Numbered from the stretch's first letter, positions 28,099-36,697 are shown. The stretch: 36,697 nucleotides of DNA from Synergistales bacterium (GCA_018434645.1 JAHDOX010000038.1:1-36697), one strand, 5' to 3'. Translations and numbers: made by a program. The notes: generated by a model from the letters alone, not told the origin.

Positions 28099-29145
28099 GT
28101 GAGTGAAGGCAAAAACCTTACGACTTCGGAAGTAAGAGAGCTTGAGGCCGGAAGTAATTTCAAGGTCACCGGCGCGGTAGTCTCCGCCAAGGTGAGGTAC
28201 GATAAGAATCGTCGCCCCTTCTGGGAGATGACCGTAACCGATGCCCAGGGATCGCTGGACGCAAAAATATGGAGCAACGCCAGGTGGTGGGACGCAAGGG
28301 ACGGCCAGAAGATCCCCCTGTCTCCCGAAAACCTCGATCTGCAAAAGGAATTGCTTAACAGTCCGGTAGGGGTTTTTGGAACGGTGACTGAGTTCAAGGG
28401 GAGGTCCCAGTACCAATTCAACGAAATATACCTTCTGGACGGAAACAAATACCCGCTGTCGCTCTTTCTCGAAAGGTCTCCCGTTCCCGTGGAGGATATG
28501 GAAAGGGAGCTACGCGAAATTATCGACAAATGCGGCGAGCCCGTTAAAAGTTTCCTGGAGCATGTTTTCCGGGGACCTTTTATGGATGCCTTCCGGAACG
28601 CTCCCGCGGCCGTTTCCCATCATCACGCCTACGTGCACGGGTTGCTGGAACACACACTGGCCGTGACCCGAGGGGCCGTGGCGCTGGCGGAAGCGTACAT
28701 TGCAGGAGGGGCAGATGTAGATCTGGATATCGTCATTGCCGGGAGCCTGCTGCACGACATAGGCAAGCTGGACGCCTATTCCCTGGACCCCTTCCCGAGC
28801 ATGACCGTTCCCGGTACGGTAATCGACCATATACCCCTCGGATATGCCCGGTTCGTCAGACTGACCGAAGAATACGGCCTCAAACCGGAAGCGGCCCTGG
28901 CGATAGGGCATATTCTGGTAAGTCATCATGGAAGGCGCGAGTATGGTTCGCCGGTCCTGCCGGCGACACCGGAAGCCCTGATAGTATCGGCGGCGGATGA
29001 GCTGGACTTCGTAATGTACTGTTGGAGCGCGTCTTCGGACAGCCCACGTGGGGAGTCCGAGGTGTCGGAATATCACCCTTCGGCCCAGAGACGGTTCTGG
29101 AAGCGGGCCAACAGCGGTGGGGATAACGGAAAGAAAGGGCAGTGA
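28099..29145 (+). CDS. yhaM: 3'-5' exoribonuclease YhaM family (OB fold plus HD domain)
   Basis: N-terminal OB fold, PAA..HHHAY..GLLEH, LLHDIGK, SHHG..EYGSP and TPEA. Start approximate. Confidence 0.88.
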   Translation: MSEGKNLTTSEVRELEAGSNFKVTGAVVSAKVRYDKNRRPFWEMTVTDAQGSLDAKIWSNARWWDARDGQKIPLSPENLDLQKELLNSPVGVFGTVTEFKGRSQYQFNEIYLLDGNKYPLSLFLERSPVPVEDMERELREIIDKCGEPVKSFLEHVFRGPFMDAFRNAPAAVSHHHAYVHGLLEHTLAVTRGAVALAEAYIAGGADVDLDIVIAGSLLHDIGKLDAYSLDPFPSMTVPGTVIDHIPLGYARFVRLTEEYGLKPEAALAIGHILVSHHGRREYGSPVLPATPEALIVSAADELDFVMYCWSASSDSPRGESEVSEYHPSAQRRFWKRANSGGDNGKKGQ

Positions 29146-29146
29146 G

Positions 29147-30106
29147 ATGGGACAAACTTTCGAAATCGACGAACACCAGAAAGGAAGACGCCTCGACAAG
29201 GTGCTTAAAAGCAGGTGGCCAGACCTGCCCCTTGCGGCTTTAATGAGGTACTTTCGAAAGAAACAGGTCCGTCTGGATAAAAGGCCAGCAAGGTATGACG
29301 ATCGTGTCGAAGCCGGGCAGGTTGTTTTTGTGCCCTGGGATGACCCGGCAAAAGAACCCTCCCACGCGGTTTCAACGACTGAAGGTGCCCGCCCGTCTAT
29401 AGAGCTGATTTACACCGACAGCGAGATCTGTGTCGTCAACAAGCCATGGAACCTTTTGACCCAGCCGGTCGGGAAAAGCGATGATTCGGTGGTGGGGAGG
29501 GTGGCTTCCACGCTGGCGTGGAAGGAAAAAAACTTTTATCCTACCGCGGCTCACAGGCTCGACAGGAACACATCGGGTGTCTTGCTGGTGGCCTTGAGTG
29601 GCCCTTCGTTGAGGGCGCTTCACAAAATGTGGCGGGAAAACGAATTGCGAAAGTCCTACCTGGCCATAGTGAAGGGTGTTCCCGAAAAAGAAGGGGTAAT
29701 AAAGTCACAACTTGAAAAAGACACATCCCGAAACGTTGCTTTAACCGTCAGGGAGGGGGGCAAATATTCAGAAACCCGGTACAGCAGGATCGAAACCGAT
29801 GGTCATGTCTCTCTCATTTCGGTGGAACTTGTTACAGGGAGGCCCCACCAGGCCAGAGTCCATCTGGCGGAGGCGGGACATCCTCTTGTGGGTGACGTGA
29901 AGTACGGAGACCCCCGATTGAACGCAGAATGGAAGAAAGTCGGAGTTACCCGTCCTCTGCTGCATGCGCGTCGAATCCTTTTCCCGGGAAATGTTCCCGC
30001 TCCGCTGGAGTACCTGGGAGGCAGATCTTTTGCGGCAATCCCCCCGGGGGATTTCATGGCGGTACTTCGAGATAAGGGTTGGAATTTATACAGGGATGGG
30101 GTATAG
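29147..30106 (+). CDS. RluA-family pseudouridine synthase with S4 domain (RluC/RluD-like)
   Basis: GRRLDK, VNKP, HRLDRNTSG, TGRPHQ.R.H and GDVKYG motifs. Confidence 0.94.
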   Translation: MGQTFEIDEHQKGRRLDKVLKSRWPDLPLAALMRYFRKKQVRLDKRPARYDDRVEAGQVVFVPWDDPAKEPSHAVSTTEGARPSIELIYTDSEICVVNKPWNLLTQPVGKSDDSVVGRVASTLAWKEKNFYPTAAHRLDRNTSGVLLVALSGPSLRALHKMWRENELRKSYLAIVKGVPEKEGVIKSQLEKDTSRNVALTVREGGKYSETRYSRIETDGHVSLISVELVTGRPHQARVHLAEAGHPLVGDVKYGDPRLNAEWKKVGVTRPLLHARRILFPGNVPAPLEYLGGRSFAAIPPGDFMAVLRDKGWNLYRDGV

Positions 30107-30147
30107 TTAGTGTCGTAAAACCATTTTATTTCCGTGGAGGGTCGAGA

Positions 30148-30459
30148 ATGAAGGAACTGAATCTTCAGCTTTCTGAAAAAGCAAGGGAAAAACTGGAAAA
30201 GGAAGGAAAAGAGGCCTACGTCATAGTGCGCAGGCTGGGTTCGGGTTGAGGCGCCAGAACGGCCGCTCTCGTGGAGAGCGGTAAACCGCCCGCAAAGGAC
30301 GGGTACACAAAGCTCCAGGATGGCGATATCACGGTATGGGTGCCCGAGGAGCTTTCTTTCCCGGACGACGTCGTAAGGGTGGACCAGCGAGGGTTTTTGT
30401 GGAGTACCTACCTTGAGGCCCTGACGGATGAACTGCCCAGGGGAGGTTGCAAGGTCTGA
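30148..30459 (+). CDS. Putative selenoprotein, 103 aa, Sec at codon 34 (HesB-like / CC-Se motif family-like)
   Basis: GGAGG RBS plus ATG 30148; in-frame TGA at 30247-30249 in a GSG-U-G context, continuing in frame into the tracked 30271-30459 ORF; SECIS-like hairpin 12 nt after the TGA. Confidence 0.8.
30262..30282 (+). promoter_or_regulatory. Bacterial SECIS-like stem-loop
   Basis: gccgctctc-GTG-gagagcggt 9-bp stem with G in the apical loop, about 21 nt after the UGA. Confidence 0.7.
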
Positions 30460-30940
30460 CGTGTGTGTTACGTCGGTCTGCAGGATCAATTTAACAATGA
30501 TGAATAGAGTATATTGGCCTGCAGACCGATGAAACCATTCCTTTGAAGGAAATGAAGCTCGTTGTTTAAATCAATAAAACCAAGGACACAAAGACGGACC
30601 TGCGTCCGTGGTCTGCAGGTTCAAAGTAGCATTGATATTTAGGGAATATTGGCCTGCAGGCCGATGAAACCATTCCTTTGAAGGAAATGAAGCTCGTTGT
30701 TTAAATCAATAAAACCAAGGACACAAAGACGGACCTGCGTCCGTGGTCTGCAGGTTCAATTTAACAATGATGAATAGAGTATATTGGCCTGCAGACCGAT
30801 GATACCATTCCTTTGAAGGAAATGAAGCTCGTTGTTTAAATCAATAAAACCAGGGACACAAAGACGGACCTGCGTCCGTGGTCTGCAGGATCAAAGTAGC
30901 ATTGATATTTAGGGAATATTGGCCTGCAGGCCGATGAAAC
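30460..30940. repeat. Tandem array of 135-nt structured units (about 3.5 copies, four long hairpins with alternating A/B 24-nt loops)
   Basis: ggtctgcagg recurs at 30475, 30610, 30745 and 30880; each pairs with a downstream cctgcag(a/g)cc. Confidence 0.95.
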
Positions 30941-31079
30941 CCCGCAGGATAAAGCCGCTTTTTGCTTACAAAACTTTAAAAGCAAACCCAAAAAGAACAA
31001 CAGAATGGCCTGTACAATTCGCCCCGCAGGCCTAAGTCTGGTGAAAAAGGATTTGAACTCAAGGACCGATTTAAAAGAC

Positions 31080-31107
31080 TTGACAAGTTTCTTTTTTCAC
31101 ATAAACT
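31080..31107 (+). promoter_or_regulatory. Probable sigma70 promoter for gdh
   Basis: TTGACA (31080-31085), 16-nt spacer, TAAACT (31102-31107) in AT-rich DNA. Confidence 0.45.
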
Positions 31108-31225
31108 AGTATAGGCTGATATTGGTTATTGTAATATTAAATATCAGGAAGCAATAAACAAACGTATAACACAAATATAACCCGTGCTTATGCATGGGCA
31201 AAGTTATCAGGGGGTGGCTATAGTT

Positions 31226-32497
31226 ATGGGAAAGCGTACTTCAGAAAACGTCCTTCTCGACACGGCTCTTGAGAACTTCTACGGAGCAGCGGAGGAATTG
31301 GGGCTTGACGATGGTTTGATCGAAGTCCTGGGTAATTCGGAGCGGAAAGTTTGCGTCTCTATTCCTGTAACCATGGATGATGGAAGTGTAAAGGTTTTTA
31401 ACGGTTACAGGGTTCAGCATTCCACCGCGCTTGGTCCGGCGAAAGGCGGAATCAGGTTCCATCCCGACGTGACGCTGGACGAGTGTGAAGCGCTGGCCAT
31501 GCTCATGACCTGGAAGTGTTCGCTCGCCGGGATCCCTTACGGCGGAGGCAAAGGCGGCGTGGAGTGCAACCCTCTCGATATGTCCAAATCCGAGAAAGAG
31601 CGCGTGACCAGAACTTTCGCTGCCAGGATAGAGCCCTTCATAGGCTCCTGGACGGATGTACCCGCACCCGACGTCAACACCGGCGGGCAGGAAATGGTTT
31701 GGTTCGTGGACACAATAAGCAAGATGCGCGGACGCCTTGATCCTGCCGTCTTCACTGGCAAGCCTGTAACCTACTGGGGTTCCCAGGGCAGGACTGAAGC
31801 TACGGGGCTTGGTGTGGCCACTTGCGCGCTTGAGCTTCTCAAGGTCCTCGGAAAGAACGTGGAAGAGACCTCTTTTACCATCCAGGGGTTCGGAAATGTG
31901 GGGACCCACGCCGCGCTCACGCTGCAGGAAGCCGGTGCCAAGGTTGTCGGAATCAGTGACATAACCGGTGCCTATTATTGCAAGGACGGAATCGACATCA
32001 AAAAGGCTTTTGATCACGTTAACGAGCAACCCCAGAAGCTTCTGGAAGGGTTCCGACAGCCTGGACTCGAGAAGATGGACGGCGAGGAACTGCTTTTCCT
32101 GGATGCGGACGTGTTTATCCCTGCCGCCCTCGAAGGTGCTGTCCACAAGGGCAACGCCGACAAGATAAAAGCCAAATACATAGTCGAAGCAGCCAACGGT
32201 CCCGTTACGCCGGAGGCGGATGCGATCCTTAAAGACAAGAACGTCCTGATCGTGCCCGATTTTCTGGCAAACTCCGGCGGCGTGATCGGGTCCTACTTTG
32301 AGTGGGCACAGAACCTCGGCGGGTTTTTTTGGTCTCGCGAAGAATACAACGAAAGGCTTCTCAGGATAATGAGGGACAATTTCCAAAGGGTCTGGGAATT
32401 CAGCGAAGATCGCGATGTAAACATGAGACGCGGAGCTTTTATGACGGCAATCATGAGAGTCGCCGACGTGGTACGCATGCGCGGGGTTTTCCTCTAG
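31226..32497 (+). CDS. gdhA: Glutamate dehydrogenase (Glu/Leu/Phe/Val dehydrogenase family)
   Basis: GPAKGGIRFH, MTWKC, GGGKGG, DVPAPDVNT, IQGFGNVG, EAANGP and NSGGVIGSYFEW motifs. Confidence 0.95.
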   Translation: MGKRTSENVLLDTALENFYGAAEELGLDDGLIEVLGNSERKVCVSIPVTMDDGSVKVFNGYRVQHSTALGPAKGGIRFHPDVTLDECEALAMLMTWKCSLAGIPYGGGKGGVECNPLDMSKSEKERVTRTFAARIEPFIGSWTDVPAPDVNTGGQEMVWFVDTISKMRGRLDPAVFTGKPVTYWGSQGRTEATGLGVATCALELLKVLGKNVEETSFTIQGFGNVGTHAALTLQEAGAKVVGISDITGAYYCKDGIDIKKAFDHVNEQPQKLLEGFRQPGLEKMDGEELLFLDADVFIPAALEGAVHKGNADKIKAKYIVEAANGPVTPEADAILKDKNVLIVPDFLANSGGVIGSYFEWAQNLGGFFWSREEYNERLLRIMRDNFQRVWEFSEDRDVNMRRGAFMTAIMRVADVVRMRGVFL

Positions 32498-32522
32498 ATC
32501 TCGATCGGTCGAACAGGTGTGC

Positions 32523-32554
32523 AAAAGACCGCCCGGCAGGGCGGTCTTTTTTTT
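32523..32554 (+). terminator. Intrinsic terminator after gdh
   Basis: aaaagaccgccc-ggca-gggcggtctttt followed by a T run. Confidence 0.9.
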
Positions 32555-32903
32555 ATCTTTGCCCGGCGGGATGAGGAGACGCTGGAATGAAAACATCGAT
32601 AGAAGCGGGCCATCGGCAATAGTATGACGAACAGGCAGAACGGCAATAGAACCCGGGATTATAGTGAATAAAATAATCAAAAGTACGAAACAAAATAGCC
32701 GATAATTCACAAAACTCGCATTCTGTACGAATCGAAAGTGACGTTTTATAATAGGTAAAGTCACCTATAAAGCTTCAGAACACAGAGGCGCTATCAGAAG
32801 AAAATAAGAAATTCGAGTCGTTGCTAAGCCTTTAGATGGCGTTTAATGGAAGAAGAAGATCCCTTCTCTAAAGCAATCCTGAAAAAAGGGAATGTCCCTT
32901 GCA

Positions 32904-33584
32904 TCACCGGGTGTTTCCCAAGGCGGCACATCCTTTTCGAAGAAGGGGGCTCGCTAGAAAAAAACCGCCCTGCAGGAAGTCCTCGCGTCTTTTGCCCATA
33001 AGAGGCTGAACCAAAACAGCCATAGCCTCGTCCCGGTCGGTATATCCATGTTTGGCCCTGTACGCCCGGGCCGCGGGGTTGCAGAGGGAAGCCCAAACGG
33101 CCTTGATGCCGTCTGTAAGCTCTCTCATGCGCCAAGCCCTGTCAAAGACGTTGGCTGCGAAAGTGGTGAAATATTTCCCGGCAAAAGATAAAAGGTGTGA
33201 ATCTTCCAGCATCGAGCTCGAGCGGATGGCTATGGGGGCTTCCCAGAAGGCATCGATAACCTTGTCCAGCTCCGAAATAAGTGACGGACGTATTTCCCCC
33301 GAGGAGAAGGCGCGGTTTATCTTGTCGAGGTCGGGTTCGTCGTAGATCCACTCCATGTCGTTGTGCCTGATAAAATCGTAGAAGATTTCCGTTGTGACAA
33401 CGTAAGTTTTGGACGGGAGCACCACATCTTTCTCAAGTTCGCTTCCAACAAGATGCTCGAAGGCAAAGGCCAAGCCCTTCCCCTTGCCGCCGATATTTCC
33501 GTCACCGATAAGGCATCCCTGTTCCTTGTAAAGCGGCTTTCCGTCGAAATCCTTATAGGGTACCCATATATCCTGCCTCGGCAT
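32904..33584 (-). pseudogene. Truncated PEP/pyruvate-binding (PPDK N-terminal ATP-grasp) domain gene
   Basis: IGGKGKGL, AIRSSSMLEDS...SFAGKYFT, IKAVWAS and MAVLVQ motifs. The family-like sequence ends after GKRREDF and only a short unrelated tail follows (226 aa in total). Confidence 0.7.
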
Positions 33585-33653
33585 GTTTTCTCCTCTCCCT
33601 CTCTGTACGTTGTCTGATTCCAAAAGGTTCTGGTTCTGGTGTTTTGCTTTGCA

Positions 33654-34958
33654 TCATGGATTCAGGCGATAGATTGTCCTCGGGAAGGGTATGGCTTCCC
33701 TTATGTGATGGAGTCCGCAAATCCAGCTCACGAGACGCTCTATGCCCAACCCGAACCCGCTGTGAATGAAGGTGCCGTAACGCCTGAGGTCAAGGTACCA
33801 GTCGTAGGATTCTTCGGGGAGTCCTTCCTCCCGTATTCTCGAAAAGAGCAGGTCCAGATCGTCCTCTCGCTGGGACCCGCCGATGATCTCCCCGTAGCCC
33901 TCCGGTGCAAGCAGGTCGTCGCAGAGAACAAGGTCCTCCCGTTCGGGGTGCTGTTTCATGTAGAAGGCCTTGACCTTCTTCGGGTAGCATTCGACGAAAA
34001 CGGGCTTGTCGAACTGTCTTGTCAGGATCGTCTCGTCGTCGCCGCCGAAATCTGTCCCATATTCTATGGGACTTCCAAGGCCCTGGAGCATCTTGACGGC
34101 GTCGTCGTAAGTTATCCTGTAAAAGGGCGGTTCTACACGTTCCAGAACGGACGTATCCCGTTCGAGGTCTTTCAGTTCCCGTCCGCAATGTTCGAGGACG
34201 TTTTTGACTATAGCCGAAACCAGGTTTTCCTGGAGCCTCATGTTGTCCTCGTGGTCATAGAAGGCTACTTCCGGTTCGAGCATCCAGAACTCCGTCAGGT
34301 GGCGTCTGGTCTTTGATTTTTCCGCCCTGAAAGTCGGGCCAAAAGTGTAGACCTTGCCGAAGGCCGCCGCCGTGGCTTCGGCGTAAAGTTGTCCCGTCTG
34401 CGCCAGGTAGGCCTTTCCTTCGTCAAAATAGGGGACCTCGAAAAGCCCGGAAGCTCCCTCGCCTATGGAACCGGTCAAAATGGGGCTGTCTGTGAGAAGG
34501 AAACCTTCGTTGTGTAGGTATTCCCGGGCCGCCCAGATGACCTGGTCCCTTACTTTCATTATGGCACGCTGGCGCTGGCTTCTCAGCCAAAGATGCCGGT
34601 TGTCGAGCAAGAAGTCTATGCCATGTTCCTTTTTGCCTATCGGGTATTCATGTTCCGGGTTGTGGATGACTTTCAGATCGGTTACGGTAAGTTCGTACCC
34701 CGAGGGAGCTCTTTCGTCTTTTCTGACGATTCCCGTGACTTCTACGGAGGCTTCCAGCCAGAGCCCCTTGGCTTCGAGAAAGGTTTCTTCCGGAATGTCC
34801 GATTTTGCCATTACCGCCTGAATGAACCCGGAACCGTCCCGAAGCTGCAGGAAATGGATTTTCCCTGAACTTCTCTTGTTATACATCCATCCTTTGACTA
34901 CCACTTCCCGGCCTTCGTGCCTGAAAAGGTTTTTGATCTCTACCCAGGGTGCGGACAT
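33654..34958 (-). CDS. asnS: Asparagine--tRNA ligase
   Basis: OB anticodon domain (FLQLRDGSG), GPTFRAEKSKTRRHLTEFWM, EIIGGSQRE and GFGLGIER motifs. Confidence 0.96.
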   Translation of the reverse strand: MSAPWVEIKNLFRHEGREVVVKGWMYNKRSSGKIHFLQLRDGSGFIQAVMAKSDIPEETFLEAKGLWLEASVEVTGIVRKDERAPSGYELTVTDLKVIHNPEHEYPIGKKEHGIDFLLDNRHLWLRSQRQRAIMKVRDQVIWAAREYLHNEGFLLTDSPILTGSIGEGASGLFEVPYFDEGKAYLAQTGQLYAEATAAAFGKVYTFGPTFRAEKSKTRRHLTEFWMLEPEVAFYDHEDNMRLQENLVSAIVKNVLEHCGRELKDLERDTSVLERVEPPFYRITYDDAVKMLQGLGSPIEYGTDFGGDDETILTRQFDKPVFVECYPKKVKAFYMKQHPEREDLVLCDDLLAPEGYGEIIGGSQREDDLDLLFSRIREEGLPEESYDWYLDLRRYGTFIHSGFGLGIERLVSWICGLHHIREAIPFPRTIYRLNP

Positions 34959-35266
34959 CGATGTTCCTCCTTACGTGAATTATATGTCATTCAAACACGT
35001 ACGATTTGTAAAAAAAGAACCTGCAGAACGGGGAAAGCCCGGGCGCATCCTGTTGAGCGATTCCTCTAAGCGCACGTGCTGTCTGCAGTATTGATGAAAA
35101 AACGGCTTTTGTAATTTCGATAATTATGGAAGAGGCAAATAGAAACTCGCAGTTCTTCCATGTATGATACACTAACACACATATCGGTATTTCTCATATC
35201 GTTTACCCTGCATGGAACATATTCCCAGTACAGTCCGGACCGTCTGCCGAGCCGGAAGGAGAGACG

Positions 35267-36463
35267 ATGATGGTTGGCGATTCATCGAAGTTTGAACGTT
35301 TAAAAGAAGATCTTACCGGGGAATCGGAAGCCCTGTCCGACCAGATAATTGCCTGGCGGAGGGAGTTCCACCAGTTCCCTGAGTTGGCGTACGAGGAAAA
35401 CCTCACGGCCTCGCGCGTTGCCGCGGCCCTTTCTGCCATGCCGGGAATAGAGGTGGTAAGGGGGCTCGGAACGGGAACTTCCGTCATAGGTGTGCTGCGT
35501 AAAGATATAGACAAACCGGCCCTCGTACTGAGAGCCGATATGGACGCCCTGGCGATTCAGGAGGAAACCGACCTTCCCTTTGCCTCATGTTTCCCCGGTC
35601 TTATGCATGCTTGTGGTCACGATTCTCATATGGCGGCGCTTTTGGGAGCGGCGAAATTACTTTCAACACGGGCCGATGAACTCGAAAGGCCCGTGATTTT
35701 TTTGTTCCAGCCGGCCGAGGAAGGCAAAGGCGGAGCGAAAAGAATCATCGAAGGCGGCTTGTTTACTACCTTCAATATAAGCCGGATGGTGGCACTGCAT
35801 TTCTGGCCCATGATGCCCTATGGACACATGAAAACCAAAAAAGGCACCATTACCGCTCTGTCCGACAGGATTCATGTGGTCATAGAAGGTGCTGCGGCCC
35901 ACGCGGCGGCTCCTCACCTGGGGGTGGACCCGACTATAGTGGCGGCTCACGTACTCCTGGGGGTTCAAAGCCTGTTGACCCGTGAAATGGATCCAATGGA
36001 GGCGGCAGTCATAACTTTTGGTCAGGTAGAAGCCGGTGAGGCCTACAACATTATTCCCCAGACGGCACACCTTTGGGGGACGCTCAGGACTTTTTCGGAG
36101 GAAGTGAGGGATTTCCTGCAGGGCAGGCTTGAGGAAATGATCTCCCTCGTTGCGAAGGGGCATAGGGCGATTGCCACCGTGGAATATACGCGAAATTATC
36201 CGAGCCTCGTCAACGACGAGGAGCTTACGGAAGAAGTTCTCAGGCTTGGCAGTCTCTTTTTCGGAGAGCACCTCGTGGAGGAAATGGACCAGCCGATACT
36301 TTCCGGCGAAGATTTTTCGTTTTATTCCCTGAAGGTCCCAGCCTGTTTCATGCTACTGGGAACGGGATCGGAACTGGGACTTCACCATCCGAGGTACGAT
36401 GTACCGGAGGAATTGCTGCCGATGGCGTCGGCCTGGCTCGCGTTCATGGGGTTGGTGCTTTGA
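35267..36463 (+). CDS. M20D family amidohydrolase
   Basis: RREFHQFPEL, RADMDAL, MHACGHD, FQPAEEG, GEDF and LHHPRYD motifs. Confidence 0.93.
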   Translation: MMVGDSSKFERLKEDLTGESEALSDQIIAWRREFHQFPELAYEENLTASRVAAALSAMPGIEVVRGLGTGTSVIGVLRKDIDKPALVLRADMDALAIQEETDLPFASCFPGLMHACGHDSHMAALLGAAKLLSTRADELERPVIFLFQPAEEGKGGAKRIIEGGLFTTFNISRMVALHFWPMMPYGHMKTKKGTITALSDRIHVVIEGAAAHAAAPHLGVDPTIVAAHVLLGVQSLLTREMDPMEAAVITFGQVEAGEAYNIIPQTAHLWGTLRTFSEEVRDFLQGRLEEMISLVAKGHRAIATVEYTRNYPSLVNDEELTEEVLRLGSLFFGEHLVEEMDQPILSGEDFSFYSLKVPACFMLLGTGSELGLHHPRYDVPEELLPMASAWLAFMGLVL

Positions 36464-36697
36464 CACACGGGCGTACGCCTGTGCGTCGACCCGCGGTACA
36501 CATTACCAAATCCTTGGCAAAGGCTGTTGGCCCCGCGGATCGAAGAGAAGCACAAGAGTAACAAGAGTAAAGAGAAAGAGCTTTTTGAAACAGAAACAAA
36601 ATCCATGTCACACACGGGCTTACGCCCGTGCGTCGACCCGCGGGACACATTACCAAATCCTTGGCAAAGGCTTTGGCCCCGCGGATCGAAGAAAAGC
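36463..36697. repeat. Direct repeat of an approximately 88-nt palindromic element, period 147 nt (may continue past the window edge)
   Basis: Copies at 36463-36550 and 36610-36697 are near-identical; each has a small hairpin plus a long tcgacccgcgg...ccgcggatcga hairpin. Confidence 0.92.

Noticed and set aside
30520-30620. Hammerhead ribozyme in the repeat unit (ccgatga...gaaa...gtc)
   Set aside because: The core reads CCGAUGA rather than CUGANGA, and I could not build stems II and III around a correctly placed GAAA. An Rfam scan would settle it.
30560-30675. Short minus-strand ORF in the repeat unit (MVSSACRPIFPKYQCYFEPADHGRRSVFVSLVLLI) as a type I toxin
   Set aside because: The purine-rich run abuts the ATG with no RBS spacing, and the equivalent frame is stopped early in loop-A units.
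30460-30940. CRISPR array interpretation of the 135-nt repeats
   Set aside because: The constant part is about 111 nt, the variable parts are only 24 nt, recur (A-B-A-B) and are homologous to each other, and there are no cas genes in the window.
31241-32764. 507-aa ORF antisense to gdh
   Set aside because: It is a shadow frame of a highly codon-biased gene, with no RBS or recognisable motifs.

Overview
This is a housekeeping/metabolic region of a GC-rich anaerobic diderm bacterium. Gene content and Firmicutes-like promoters alongside a lipid A acyltransferase suggest Synergistota (inference). The window begins with the 3' end of an rRNA operon (23S, 5S). It continues with a sirtuin, an oxidative-stress/metal cluster (desulfoferrodoxin, ferritin, flavin reductase, MntP), a dCMP deaminase, a CbbX/SpoVK-type AAA-TPR protein, a NarL-type two-component system, a beta-CASP nuclease, tyrS, an LpxL-like acyltransferase, mnmE, glk and aminotransferases. 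It then has a complete serine-biosynthesis operon, yhaM, an RluA-family gene, glutamate dehydrogenase, a truncated PEP/pyruvate-binding-domain gene, asnS and an M20 amidohydrolase. Three things are not explained by the ORF track. (1) A 41-aa Ser/Gly/Cys-rich leader peptide (23068-23193) with mutually exclusive terminator and antiterminator hairpins sits in front of the serine operon; this is a candidate ribosome-mediated serine attenuator. (2) A hidden 103-aa selenoprotein (30148-30459) has an in-frame TGA and a bacterial SECIS-like hairpin. (3) A structured repeat family occurs as a 4 x 135-nt array with alternating hairpin loops (about 30460-30940) and as a diverged, covarying 147-nt-period array at the window end. 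All calls come from reading motifs by eye; no database searches or folding programs were run.
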